This document shows, in pieces, positions 25,311-38,360 of a stretch of 64,000 bases of DNA (positions within the stretch are counted from its first letter, which is position 1; each line of letters begins with the position of its first letter). Under the pieces are notes generated by a model that made no database searches, was not told where the DNA came from, and was given only the letters and a program-made list of their open reading frames with translations. The stretch is from the human T2T-CHM13v2.0 reference genome, Homo sapiens. The stretch lies in the NCBI RefSeq assembly GCF_009914755.1, contig NC_060926.1, one strand, 5' to 3'. Both the position numbers and the translations under genes were made by a program.

Positions 25311-25956
25311 AAGTAGCAATTAATAATCAAATAGCAATTAAGTGCCTAATTTTTTGTACCACCTCATAAATCAATATAGGGGGGCTTGTTCCCTGGGGGA
25401 GCTACTTTGATGAGAAGCAGCAGTATAAAAGACCGGAAAGTCAAAGATTGGGGAAAGGCAGGCGTGGGGCAGAGGCAGAAGGCTCTTGCCAAACCATCCT
25501 GCCTCAGTTCCTGATTTTTCACCCTGCCTCTCCAAGCGCGGGAGTGGAGGATCCTTTCCCTCCCACTTCCTCCTTTGCTCTTTACCCCTCCCCCTCCCCC
25601 CCCCCTTTTTTTTTTTGCTGTCCTCCTGGAGCAGGGCTGGTTCTGAAGCTTGGCGGCAGCCCCTACCTGCTGACCCACCGCCTCCGGGCGCACGGGAAGA
25701 GGACTGAGAGCCCTGAAACCCCAGCGGGGCAGGAGCCAGCATTCTGAGCATGTGCGAGCCAGCCAGGGGGCTAGGGCGGATTTGGGGGGTCGACTTTAGG
25801 TCGTCGCCCTAAGCGCAAAGCGAAAGAGCGGTGAGGGCAGGGGCGGGCGACACTCCCCGGAGCGGTGCCCCTGCGCCCAGGGCGCAGCGACTGCGCCCTG
25901 CCCTGCGGGCGTGGGCGAGTTGGCCGCGTGTGTGCCTCGCTGTTTGACGCGAAGAC

Positions 25957-25994
25957 GAGCCAATCAGGGCGGGCGGCCCGAGCTGCCATGTGAC
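25957..25994 (+). promoter_or_regulatory. Proximal promoter motif cluster: CCAAT box (NF-Y), overlapping GC boxes (Sp/KLF) and E-box CATGTGAC (USF/MiT-TFE type)
   Basis: agCCAATcag (CCAAT 25960-25964), GGGCGGGCGG 25967-25976 and CATGTGAC 25987-25994, about 230-260 bp upstream of the ATG. Confidence 0.7.
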
Positions 25995-26077
25995 GGGCAA
26001 GGCGGCCCCTTTCCCCAGCGCGGCCAGAGGGAGGAGAGAACCGGGGCTCGCCGCGAGCCTTCGAGAGCAGCGGCCGC

Positions 26078-26120
26078 GGAGGAGGCGGCGGCGGCGGGCG
26101 GGAGCAGCGGCGGCGGCGGC
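26078..26120 (+). repeat. Interrupted GGA/GGC trinucleotide tract in the probable 5' UTR
   Basis: ggaggaggcggcggcggcgggcgggagcagcggcggcggcggc. Confidence 0.8.
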
Positions 26121-26219
26121 ACAGGCTCGGGGCCAGCCGGGCGCGCATCCCCGGGCGCCCTGCGCGGTGGAGAGCTTGGCGGGCTGCGGGTGCCGCAGGA
26201 CAGGAGTGGACAAAGCAAG

Positions 26220-26389
26220 ATGGCAGGGATCTTAGCCTGGTTCTGGAACGAGAGGTTTTGGCTCCCGCACAATGTCACCTGGGCGGACCTGAAGAACACG
26301 GAGGAGGCCACCTTCCCGCAGGCTGAGGACCTCTATCTCGCTTTTCCCCTGGCCTTCTGTATCTTCATGGTGCGGCTCATCTTCGAGAG
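26220..26389 (+). CDS. CERS6: Ceramide synthase 6, first coding exon (170 nt; 56 codons plus 2 nt, phase-2 intron follows)
   Basis: Strong Kozak context gcaagATGg. Translation [56 protein letters not shown](R) is the CERS6/LASS6 N-terminus, with the NVT glycosylation sequon and first hydrophobic helix. Ends at donor GAG|GTAAGA (GT at 26390-26391). Lies in a CpG island. Confidence 0.97.
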
Positions 26390-29300
26390 GTAAGAAGGGC
26401 TGAAGCCCCTCCTCCCCTCCCCCTGCGCACACACACGCGCGCACACACTCGCGCGCTCTCTGGCGCACGCCCCCGCGCCCCCAACGCTCGCGTTCACGCC
26501 TCCCAACCTTTGTGTTCGGGGAGGGGTTGCTGACCCCCCTGCCCCGCTGGCTTTCTGGGAGCCAGAAAGGGTCTGGCTTGCCACGGATTTCCTCCCGGGC
26601 GCCGGGGAGGAGCCGCGGAGCGTTAGGGTCGCCCCCTGCCCTCCTCCTGGGCCCTGCTCTCCTCCCGGCAAGGGCAGGCGAACAAAGGTGAGCGGTGGTC
26701 GGGCTCAGGACCCGCCGCATTCCGCGGGGCTCGCCCCTCTCCGCCGGCGCGCCACGCAAGGCTGCCAGGCAGGGCTTCCCGCCGGGGCCCGCGCCACCCA
26801 CCTGACAGCCAGGAACGTTCCGGACGCGCGGCCCGGAGGGAGGAGGAACCGCGCACACTTCAATCTTTATGCTCCGGCACACGGATTGTAGGGGTTGTGC
26901 TTCAAAAGAATTCGCCAGGGACTTCCTGGCTTCTGGTCGCTGTTTGGTTTTTATCCGTGAAACTATCAGGCCCACAGTCCTGGCAAATAGGGGATAATAG
27001 CATTTCAGGTTATTAGCGGTTTCTTTAAAAGAGGATGTGACAGGACGGGTCCACATCCTGCAAAATGGTGATATTAAACTGATAACCCTGTCCTGTGAAT
27101 AATCATAAACTTCTTTTTTGGTACTCGAAGGCACTTAAAATTTTGAGGAATTGTCATGCAATTGTATAGTTCCTCGGTTTGGTTGGATATCTCCATTGTG
27201 TCACATACAAACTTGTGTTATTCTCATGGAATTCGTTTTCGTCGCGAAACTAGATTGTGCCTGCCATGCATTCTCTGGGTGCTACTGAAAGAAAACCAGG
27301 ACAGCAGCACACTTTTTTTTTCGTAACAGAAAATATTATCTTCCCCTTTCTTGTACCCTCCCCTTCCTCTGCCCAATTCATCAGTAAAGGCTGAATTTCT
27401 TAGATCACAAAGTAGAGTTTAGATTGCATTTCTCGCTTCCACTCCGCCTTTCTTCCCCGCCTTCAACTCACCTTGGTTTTGTTTCTTAAGCTTTTGCTGG
27501 TACCTCATTTGCTGTTCCTCTTTGCCTGAAAACGACTGTTGAGGGTGGCAGAACGCGTCTTTTGAGTCATTTGCTGCTGGACGAGGCAACAAAGCTTCAT
27601 GGGGACAAAAAGTATCTTTTGTCTCAGGAAGGTATATTTTTCACCGGACAGTATTGTTGCTTGAAAACGAAGTCAGCTGTTCGCCTGCAGAAATTGACAT
27701 GCACAAAGCAACAGACTTTAAGACCTATGTTTAAATTATTGGAATCTAATACAGATGTGTCATTGATCCTATACAAAAAAGGATCAAAAAAGTCACAGCA
27801 GTGCTGTGAAAAAATGGGTGTGTTTGCAGGTGTAGAGTTACCTCTAGAGCAAATGTTTGGTTACAGAAAATATGAACTCTATACAGTTTTGCAGGCTCTC
27901 CAAAAACAAGCAGACTCAGGGATAGCAGGTTTGCTCTATGTTGGCACATAGTAGGGGATCTACACACAATTGCTGAATTATGATAAATTGTGTCTGATAA
28001 ATTCTGGCTGGGCTCACTTTTAGATAGATAATGCATTTGAAAGAGATGTGCAGTCTTATGTGTTGGAGAACAAAAGCATGATCTGTGCACAAACAGCCGA
28101 ATTTTCCTGACATCCTCCTTCTCTATGCTGATTCCAGGCTGTTCACTGTGTTTAAAAAAATTAAGTTGTTAGAATGGAGATGGCTTTGTACTTAGATTGT
28201 CTCTGCCTCTAAAAAGATAAACACTAATGTGATAGTTGAAAACTGGAAGTTCATTTTTCCTCTTTCTAAACATTTTTTATTTTCTTTCTTTTTTTCCATA
28301 ATCCCATGACTCGACTTAGAGTTTACATAGAGGGGTGAGCTGCTTTCAATTGTCAGTCACAGCAAATGTCCTCATATTGATATAAAGTGAGTTGGTCAGT
28401 TTCCTTCAGGCCATTGATCTAAGTAGAAGAGATTTAATGGCCTGTATGGAAAGTGAAAGTTTATGGTTAATGTTCAGAATAATAATCCAATATGGCACAT
28501 ATGTCACAGAATGCTACTGACTTTTGGAAGACTATCTACTTTGTTTCTTCCTATGATAGCTCTGTCTTTAACCATTCAGACCTTCTCAATTCTCTGAAAA
28601 TCCACAATTTAGTTGTATCTAGAGTTAGAAGTTCTGCATGTTTCTCCTCTTCTCAAACCTAAATGACATATTCTGGGATCCAACCTGTGACCTTCATCTC
28701 AGTAGCATCCATCAAGGGCCTGAATCAATAAAACAGAACCATTCAGTATTATCACTGCTACAACTCACATTCAATGGCCTTCTAGCATTTTGTATATACA
28801 TCCTTTTCTTTTGCAGTATTCTATAATGTATACGATGATTTTAAAAGCCTGTTGTGAATCCCTTTGTAGAATGAAATGCTTTTGTAATAGGAATAATTCT
28901 CTCAAGATTCTTCTCTTTGTATGCTTTGTCATTTATTTCAAAGCTGAGACCATACCTAAGAAATACCCGATTATCCAAGTCTTTATTTTACATTAAGTGA
29001 AGTCAGTAATGTCCTTGTTGAGGCTAAAATCGTGAATTTGAATGCCTTCTTCTCAGTCTTAGGTATTTCTCTCTACTAAGAGAAACATCAAAGAATTGAC
29101 TGAAATGGGCTTTGCCCAGTTAAACAGTCCTTTCTTTTTATTTTCATCCCGGCTGTTGTGGTGTGGATAGTGGAGGCATTGGTAGCCAGAACATGTCACT
29201 TTATGACAGCATATGGACAGCAATATGGAAGCCCAGCATGGTTGGTAAAAAATGGGGCAGCCTAAGGTCAATGACTTTTGGCTGAGTCTGTGAAGATCTC

Positions 29301-29952
29301 AAAGCTTGGTGGTTTTTAGCATAGCCTTTATACCATACTTAACTCCGGGTAAGGACCAGGACCACTGTAGCGACCAATTGATTGACAGAGTAAAGTATGT
29401 GGGTTTTTTTTTTCCCCCAACTGGGCTGATTCTCTTAGAATAAAAATTGTATACCATTATATTATGTTAACTTGATCACAAAGAACAAAATGTTATTTAT
29501 TAATAATATAGCATTGTCATCTGTTTGATGAATTTTCTTGATTTAATGCTTGTTTAGATTCAGTAAGCCATTCTCAGGAACTATAATAAATGCTTCTTCC
29601 AACTTCACTTTTTCAAAAATGTGTTTTGCTGTGGTATTTATAAATGTGGAAATTGTGCTGAATCTCTTTAGAAATAAAAATTCTTTGAGTTATTGTTACA
29701 AATGTTAACTTTAATGCTGTGGATTTAGGAGAGATGCAGGAAGTATAGATCGGGAATCAGAACACTCAAATTCTAGTCAAAACTTACACTGGGGCAGCCT
29801 CCTAATTTATCTCTGTTTATTTTCTCATTTATGTGTTGAGGCAAATGGCCTTTGTAACTTATTGTTTTCACCCTCCTGATTCTTTGATTCCTGTGGATCG
29901 TCTGTGCTTGAAAATTACTAATTATTATCTGATGAAACTTTGAAGCGGCTGA

Positions 29953-30266
<314 letters not shown>

Positions 30267-30743
30267 AAGAGATTTTTTTTTTCCACAGAAATATTGTAGT
30301 CAATGGTTTTGTTTCTTGTATTTTTCAGCTGTGTTTTGAGTCAAAAGAATCATTTGGGCTGTTATCATTTATGCTCCAAAAAGCTACAGTATTTCAGAAT
30401 AACCAACAAAGATTCTATAGAGAAAGCAATTGTTCCGTTTCCTTAGACCTCTTTTAGGTAGAACCCAGAGTAGGCCTGGCACCTCTTGTGATGACTGGGT
30501 AAGAATGAGAAGCTAATTCCTGCCAGATTGGCTCTCAAAATGCTAGGCTATGTGAGGAGTGTCATCCTTTGGGAGGCTGACAGCAAAGTCTGGCTTCACT
30601 CACTCAGCCCAAGAATGATCTGCTGTCCCAAACCTTCAAGAAACGACAGGGTCTCAGTTGTGTCTGAGGGAATGTCTGGCCAGCAGGCTTTTTCTTTTAG
30701 ATTTATTGTCCACTAGCCTTGGGTGAGGCCTTCTAGGATAGTT

Positions 30744-30775
30744 GAGAGAGCGAGAGAGAGAGAGAGTGTGAGAGC
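30744..30775. repeat. (GA)n-rich microsatellite
   Basis: Seen directly. Confidence 0.85.
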
Positions 30776-31112
30776 GTGTTCCTGGTTGCTGGTACTTAGG
30801 GGGAAAGGAGGGGAGTGAGTGAATGACTACTAGGAAACAGTGGGGGTATCAGGTGAGGTTCATTACTGAAGGAATTTGTTCCTCAGTGTTCCTATAGTGT
30901 ACCTTGTAATGAAGAGACTGATCTGATATATTTTAAAAGACTGTTTGGGAACAACTTGCATACAACCATGGTTTTCTCATGCAATCAGTGCTGGATGTTA
31001 AACCCTATAAGTGTTCCTTATTTAGCTTGTTAAGTTATATGGCAATATTCACATTAAAACTATGGATACCTGCTTTGCCAGAGACTAGTGTGTGAGGCAA
31101 GAGTGGGCTTCA

Positions 31113-31253
31113 GGCCGGGTGCAGTGGCTTATGTGGGAGGATCACATGGGCCCAGGGAGGCTGAGGCTGCAGTGAGCTGTGATTGCGCTACTACACTCTA
31201 GCCTGGGCAACAGAGTGAGACCCTGTCTCAAAAAAAAAAAAAAAAAAAAAAAA
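31113..31253 (+). mobile_element. Internally deleted AluJ/FRAM-like monomer
   Basis: About 20 nt of Alu 5' end joined to right-arm gtgggaggatcac...; A tail 31230-31253; degenerate TSD aagagtgggcttca / aaaagtggtctgca. Confidence 0.8.
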
Positions 31254-32311
31254 GTGGTCTGCAGACATAAATAGCTTCTCATAGTTTCTGAATGACAGTG
31301 GGTGTTTTGTTGGAGAACAACCTAAAATCAGAGGGTTGGCATTCTTTGCAGAACTTAGTACAGTTTTCTCATCTAGTAAAATAAAAAGTTTTGAATTTAC
31401 ACAGTGAAGTAGTTTGGCTATTTGTTATAGGTTAATTTATGGGTAAAAGGCATAACATTACTGTTAAGGGGCAGTGCCTTAGAATGGTGGAGGAGGTAGG
31501 TGAGATAACTTTAAATTATCACCATGATGTAATGTCATCTAGGATTATGAAATTAATACCCTGAGTTCACTTATGACTTCTCTGTTGAAAATATTTGAAT
31601 TCTCTATGGACAGGGCTAGTTTTCTCTTGGATTCCTGGTTGTAAAGTGTTTCAGAAGTGGTTGCTCTTCTGTGATGGGGAAGGACAGGTGGCAGCAGAGG
31701 GAAAATGGGATTTCAGGTGAGTTTCCTCCATCAGCATACCAGTTCCATGGCTTTGTCAGACATTGCTGCACCATCCTCAGGCTGCCCTCTTGTATTTTAC
31801 TAACTTGATTAAACCTTGTTGGTGAACACTAGAACCTAGGCCCATGTTGTATATTAAAAGTTTCAAATGTTATTGCATACACTTACATTTCTTCCTCTTA
31901 CCACCAGGTGAAACCAGATTTTTTATTTATTTCTTACATAGTCGGGACTTTCAAAATTTTATTATTTTTTTTCCTTGCTCATCTTCTTTTGATTAATTTC
32001 TTAAACACTTTTGAATCAGAATACTGGAGTTCCAGATTGTATGTCTAGTTGTGTCACTTAATTTTTCTTAGGAACCATTTTTTCATTTCGTTTTTTTTAA
32101 AGGTAAACAGGATTGCCTCGTATAGCACAGTGATCCTTTCATATTAGCAATGCCTTGAGAATCTTTATTCTTAGGATTTTATTCTTTGGTTTCTTCCCCC
32201 TGGCCACCTTTTAAAAATGATTTCATAAGTTTTTTTTGGTCTCTCTTTCCTGACACCATAATCTTTATTGACATCTATACTGTAGCATGATTGAACACAA
32301 AAGGATGATTC

Positions 32312-32605
32312 TTTTATTTATTTACTTGTTTTTTGGGACAGGGCTTCACTCCGTTGTCCAGGCTTGAGTGCAGTGCCATAACCTTAGCTCACTACAGCCT
32401 TGAGGCTCAAACAACCCTCCTACCTCATCCTCCCAGTAGCTAGGACTACAGGTGGGTGCCACCATGCCTGGCTAATTTTTAATTTTTTTTTGGTAGAGAT
32501 GGGGTCTTGCTTTGTTGTCCAGGCTAGTCTCCTGGCCTCAAGTGATCCTCCCATTTCGACCTCCCAAAGCACTGGGATTACATGTGTGAGTCACTGCAGC
32601 TGGTC
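32312..32605 (-). mobile_element. AluJ
   Basis: Diverged dimeric Alu; TSD aggatgattctt / agggtgattctt. Confidence 0.88.
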
Positions 32606-33397
32606 AGGGTGATTCTTGCAATGTCTTTTTGGGGTTTCTTGTTACTAATGCTGTGGATGATTGGATGCATGGTCTGAAGCTATGACTTGGTGCTTACCAT
32701 TTATTTTGTTTGATGTTTGACTATTTTGAATGACTGCCATTTTTAATGAACAACTTTTAAAATTTTGAAAACAATAGTAACAACTAATATTTATTCCTTA
32801 ATGAGTTTTTTACTTTACGTGGTTACTTTATTTAATCCTCTGTCAGGCCCTGTAAGGTGGATACTAATTTTTCCCCATTTTATGGATGAAATTTAGGATT
32901 GAGAATTTAGGAAATACACTTAACTTTATATAACTTAAAATAGCAGTGTAGGAATTTGGAACTAGGTTTCTTGATCTAACAATTTTGGTGTCTCCTATTT
33001 TAAAGTAAATATCATTCAATCATACTGTATATATATGGTTTTATATTTAGCCTTTTGCCATTTAATGATATAATCTGAATACTTTCCATGTAATTGAACT
33101 TATTCAAAAATATTTTTAATGACTATAAGCTATTCTACACTGTGATTATACCATAATTTACTTAACCAGTGTTCATGTTTTTGTTCGATATTTAGGCCAT
33201 TTCCAGTTTATATAAGTCTTTTAATTCTTGATGATTTCCTAAGGAATGTTTCCTAGAGGTGGCATTTCTGAGCCCAAAAGGATAAATATTTTAGTGTTCT
33301 TGATGGATACAAATTGCCAAATTGTTGTCCAGAAAGATTATACCCATTCGTATTTCCTTATCAGAATATAGATTATTATCATTGGAAAAAATCTGGA

Positions 33398-33718
<321 letters not shown>

Positions 33719-33941
33719 TTACTGTTATAATGTGTGTTCTTATATTGCTTATGATAAACTTATTTCAGATATTAATAATTGGTATTTAATTTTCTGTGAA
33801 TTCAGGTATATTTTCATATGGGGATGAGGAGATGTAGTTTTTATCTTTTTTCTGTAAGAAATTGGTGGCCTTCAGGTTTTTTCTTACTTCTTAATGTGGA
33901 GTGGTCTTATCGTGGTCTTTTTCTCTGGTCACATATTTATA

Positions 33942-33942
<1 letters not shown>

Positions 33943-33987
<45 letters not shown>

Positions 33988-34234
33988 CAAGGGTCTCACT
34001 CTGTTCCCCAGGCTGGAGTGCAGTGGTGTGATCTCAGCTACTGCAACCTCTGACTCCCAGGTTCAAGTGATTCTCATGCCTCAGCCCCCCAAGTAGCTGG
34101 GATTATGTATTTTTAATAGAGATGGGGTTTCACCATGTTGGCCGGGCTAGTTTCGAACTCTTGATCTCAAGTGACCTGCTCGCCTTGGCCTCCCAAAGTG
34201 CTGGGATTAGAGGCATAAGCCACCGCACCTGGCC
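33943..34234 (-). mobile_element. AluS with a (TG)n-converted tail and an internal deletion
   Basis: (TG)n 33947-33986 precedes acaagggtctcactctg; junction gggatta|tgtattttt lacks about 30 nt; flanks ttatact(t/c)ttt. Confidence 0.88.
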
Positions 34235-34559
34235 TTATACTCTTTTATTTATTTCTTCCTCCCGACTCTTCCCCACATGCTAAGTCACTATCATCAGGAA
34301 GGGAGCTTCTCAGATTTTAAATAGTGGAAGGAATACACTCAAGAGGATGATGAAGTAACTGATATTAACACTTTATTATGGAGAGTGAGGCAGAGAGAAA
34401 GGGCTGGGAGGAAGACTGAGGCATCAAGATTGAATGGGTCTTTATGAGGGAAAGAGGGATAGAGCCTAAATTAAAAAAAAAAAAAACTACTCTACTCCTG
34501 TAATGGATTATCTAAATTCTGGGTGAGTGAGACCCCATGTCAAAAAAACCAAACAAACA

Positions 34560-35662
34560 AAAAAAGACTTATTATTAGACTAATCACTAGGGAACTACAA
34601 ATCAAAACCACTATGAGATACGCATTAGGATGGCTGCTATCAAAACAAAGAAACAAACAGAATAACACGTGTTGGCTAGGGTGAGGACAAATTGGATCTG
34701 TTGTGCACTGTTGGTGGGAATGTAAAATGGTGCAACTGCTATGGAGGTTCCTCGAAAAATTAAAAATAGAATTGCCATATGATACAGCAATTTTACCTCT
34801 AGGGGTGTACACCCAAAAGATTTGAAGTCAGGGTCTCAGAGATATATTTGTACACCCATGTTCATCATTCACAATAGCCAAAAGGTGGGAGCAACCAAAG
34901 TGTCTATTGATATGTGAACAGCTAAACAAAATGTGGCATATACATATGTCTCCATTTGTTTGGGCTGGTACAACAAAATACTGTAGACTGGATAATTCAT
35001 AAGCAAGAGAAATTTATTGCTCACAGTTTTGGAGGCTGGAGAGTCCAAGATCAAGGTGTGAACAGATTTACTATCTGGTTAGGGCCCACTTTCTGGGTCA
35101 CAGATGGCACTTTCTTACTGTATTCTCACATCACGGAAGGGGCGAGGTGGCTCTGGGGCCACTTCACTAAGGTCACTAATCCTATTCATGAGGGTTCAAC
35201 CCTTGTGACCTAATCACCTCCCACAGGCCCCACCTCCTAACACCATCACACTTAGTTATTAGGTTTCAACGTGAATTTTGGGGGGACACAAACATTCAGA
35301 CCATAGCAACATACAATAGAATATTATTCATCTTTTAAAAGGAAGGAATTTCTGCTACAGCATGAATGAGCTTTGAAGACATGCTTAGTGAAATAAGACA
35401 GTCACAAAAAGACAAATACTGTAGGATCCTACTTATATAAGGTACCTAGAGTAGTCAGATTCATAGACACAGGTAGTGGAGTGATGACTGCAAGGTGCTG
35501 GAGGTTGGTGCAGAGTTTCAGTTTTGCAAGATGGAAAGAGTCCTGCATGGTGGTCTTGGTTGCACAACAATGTGAATGTACTTAATGACATAGAACAGTG
35601 CACTTAAAAATGGTTATGATGGTAAGTGTTATGCTATGTGTATTTTACCACAATTAAAAAAA
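34560..35662 (+). mobile_element. L1MB-like 3' fragment interrupted by a MaLR LTR
   Basis: caaatcaaaaccactatgagatac, ttggtgggaatgtaaaatggtgc, agaattgccatatgat; 3' UTR gtgcacttaaaaatggtt...tattttaccacaattaaaa. Confidence 0.8.
34947..35308 (-). mobile_element. MLT1A/MST-type MaLR solo LTR nested in L1
   Basis: aaatttattgctcacagttttggaggctgg...acattcagaccatagca; perfect 5-bp TSD acata (34942-34946 / 35309-35313). Confidence 0.87.
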
Positions 35663-38169
35663 ATAGAAGATTTGCTGACTTGAAAGGTCACTAGAAATTA
35701 CTGCCTTCATTTTCTTGGCTTGACATTTTTCTAGTTAGGAACAAACATCCCAGTTCTGTTTATCTCAGTTTCATCAAGCACTGCTTTTTTTTTTTTTAAC
35801 TGCTTAATTCCCCTCAAATCTAGGAGAGCGCCTCTTCTTTCCAGAATCGTCTGGCATAGGCGGGTGGGAGGTGAGGGGTGATAGAAGGAAGGTTTTAAAC
35901 CCAGAGAGCTCTTAAGTATCCCGTTTTTTTAGAAGGCACTTGAACTGAGCATATCATTTCAAGTCCATTTGTTAATATGACAACTTAATAATAGTAAACT
36001 GGCTGCATGTGTAGAAGAGGAGAGCAAAGTGTCTGTAGAAAAGCACATTGCATAGTTTCGGAGGAGTCTAGGATTAAAGTCAAGTCACCCTGGTAAGTAC
36101 ACAATCCATTTAAAGCAAACCAGGATAATGAGATAAAACTCTCCTTAGCAGCCTAGGCCACAGGTATATCCTATGGAAGCTCTGGGTGAGTGAAGATCAG
36201 ATTTCATCTTCCTCCCTAGCTTTCAGTTTAATTTTCCATGCATTTTACAAGCAAATGATTCAAACACTTGAGTATTTAAAGATGATTTTTCTCAAATGCT
36301 GCATATTATAAAAACAATCTGATTAGAAGCAGTCAGGTACATATTATTCAACAGTAGTTTTTGAAGTTTAATGTTTGGTCATTGTACAAAATACTGTTTT
36401 CCGTAATTCATCTGTAAGAATGTTTTGGGCAGTGCTGTTTTTCTTCTTTCTTCTTTTAAAGAAGAACTTCCTTTTTCTCTCTACTGGTCTTCAAAGTGGG
36501 CTTCTCTTGGACCACTCCTGCCTTCTATTCCTACTTTTGCTTTTACTATTATAACTTAGAATTCGGTTGTGGGGCTTGTTTTTGACAAGGCTGAGGTTAG
36601 AGATACACAAATGGTTTTTAATTGCAGGAGAGATGCATTCCTTCACTAGGTAACCTTTTGCACACAGTGACCTAAGAATAACATTTGTTTGTAACTCGCC
36701 ATTGTCTACATAAATGTCACATCTTATCTTTGAGGTTTTCAGGTTACAAAGCTACTGTTGCTCTCCTGAAGCTGTGATTAAGATTGTATTTTCTTTCTTT
36801 CCTTTCCTCGATTCCTCCCCCACCTTCCTTCCCTCTCTTCTTCCTTTGTCACTTCCTCCTTTCTTATTATTACTGATACAGACCCTTTCTTAAAGACACG
36901 GGGAAGTCTTTGAGAGAAGAGGAGCAGCATAGAGTTAAGAGTGGGGGAGGGTGTTTAGAAAACCATCTAAAATCTTGTCCAGGGACACAGTTTGGCAAGT
37001 ATCAGAGTAAAAGCTGCCAGCTAGTCTAAGTGGCTCTGTAGATCTTGTTTTAATAGCTCACCATTTCAAAGCAGAATAAAGTGACTTGGTGGTTTAAGCA
37101 GTGGCAGTTTTGCACACAATAGCTTGAGTGAAGAAAAACTGAGAATGAAGCAATCAGTCATTTGGGCATTATGGAAAATGGGAGACTAAAAGGGCTTTGT
37201 ATGTCAGTGGGTGTGTGTACATCTTTGCATGGATAGACTTGATAACAGTATATTTAAATTGTGTTGCTCTTTTGTATATCTATTGCAATTAATAGACATG
37301 TATATTTATTTCTAGCTAGAATTGAAAGGAAAATGGGTGGGATATCAGAAAGATTACAGAATTCAGGTTTAAATTCAAACAGTGCTGTTTATCACCTGTG
37401 CAGTAATAGACAACATATTCTCTCAAATTTGGTGTCCTCTCTTGTAAAATGGAGAATATGCCACTTTGCAGTATTGAGCACTCTCTGCAAAAATGTACAT
37501 AAGGGGATTCAATGAAACCTGGTTCGTAAAAATACACGTTGTGTAGAAAATAATTGATACCAGAGTACAGTATTGAGTACCTGCTTGAGAAATACTGTTC
37601 TGTAATTTGATTTTCTAAAATAAAATAAATGGGTATATGTGTGGGGGGGCCCAAGGACATGGGGTCATGGTACAACTTGTGGAAGCAGTAGGGCCTGTTT
37701 ACATAGTTGATGCTGGACCTGGAGGATTTACTTGTTCTATTGAAGAGTAAATATTTAGAGTTTTAGACAGGCCCTGAAACCCCAATCTTTTCAGCATTGT
37801 GCCAGTTTAGGGAGGGAGGATGCTTTTAAGCCTTTTCTTCTCAACAGTTAATGATGTGGGTTGTATACTGGGGACCTGTGGAAAACCATTTCTAATGGTG
37901 GAGTGTTAAACAAGTGGGGGGCCGCTGTGTGCCACTGAGAGCCTGGCCTCTGCTCTGGCTTCTGTGCCTTTGGAGAGAGACCCCCATCCCCAAAGATGGT
38001 CTCCCTCTGGGTGGAGTTTTCTCTGGAAGCTGCCTTTCAGTGATATGCAGATATCTCCACCTACTTCCCCTGGTCTAGCCCCAGTGATAGTTGTTTATTG
38101 CACGCAGTCTCAAGGGAAAATTGATTGGGTATTTGACCACTGGTAAGGGCACACATCAAGTTTGGCATT

Positions 38170-38360
38170 TATATTGACTTAAGACCTGGGCTGTGTTTTG
38201 GCCCTGCCACTTGCTAGCTACTGGTCTAGGGGCAAATTACTTAACCTCTGCAAGCTCAGTTTTCATGTGAAACTCATAGGGTTGCTGTGAGGATTAAATG
38301 AGATAATATTTGCATTGTGTTTAGGGCAATGCCTAGCTCAGTGAAATAGTGATTACTTGT
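38170..38360 (+). mobile_element. MIR
   Basis: ctgccacttgctagct...gggcaaattacttaacctctg...ctcagtttt...gggttgctgtgaggattaaatgagataa. Confidence 0.75.

Larger units (their letters stand above)
25650..26900. promoter_or_regulatory. CpG island / TATA-less promoter and 5' UTR of CERS6
   Basis: Abrupt rise in GC and CpG density against AT-rich, CpG-poor flanks; contains exon 1. Boundaries estimated by eye. Confidence 0.92.

Noticed and set aside
25985-25993. gccATGTGA start-stop uORF
   Set aside because: It lies within the promoter motif cluster (E-box), probably upstream of the main transcription start; the TSS cannot be fixed from sequence alone.
25911-26393. 160-aa ORF taken as the full first-exon CDS
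   Set aside because: The GTG start lies upstream of the CCAAT box, and the TAA stop is part of the GTAAG donor. The supported CDS is 26220-26389.
26232-27134. 300-aa antisense ORF over exon 1 and the CpG island
   Set aside because: GTG start, low-complexity G/R/P/A composition and no recognisable domain; typical stop-poor GC shadow.
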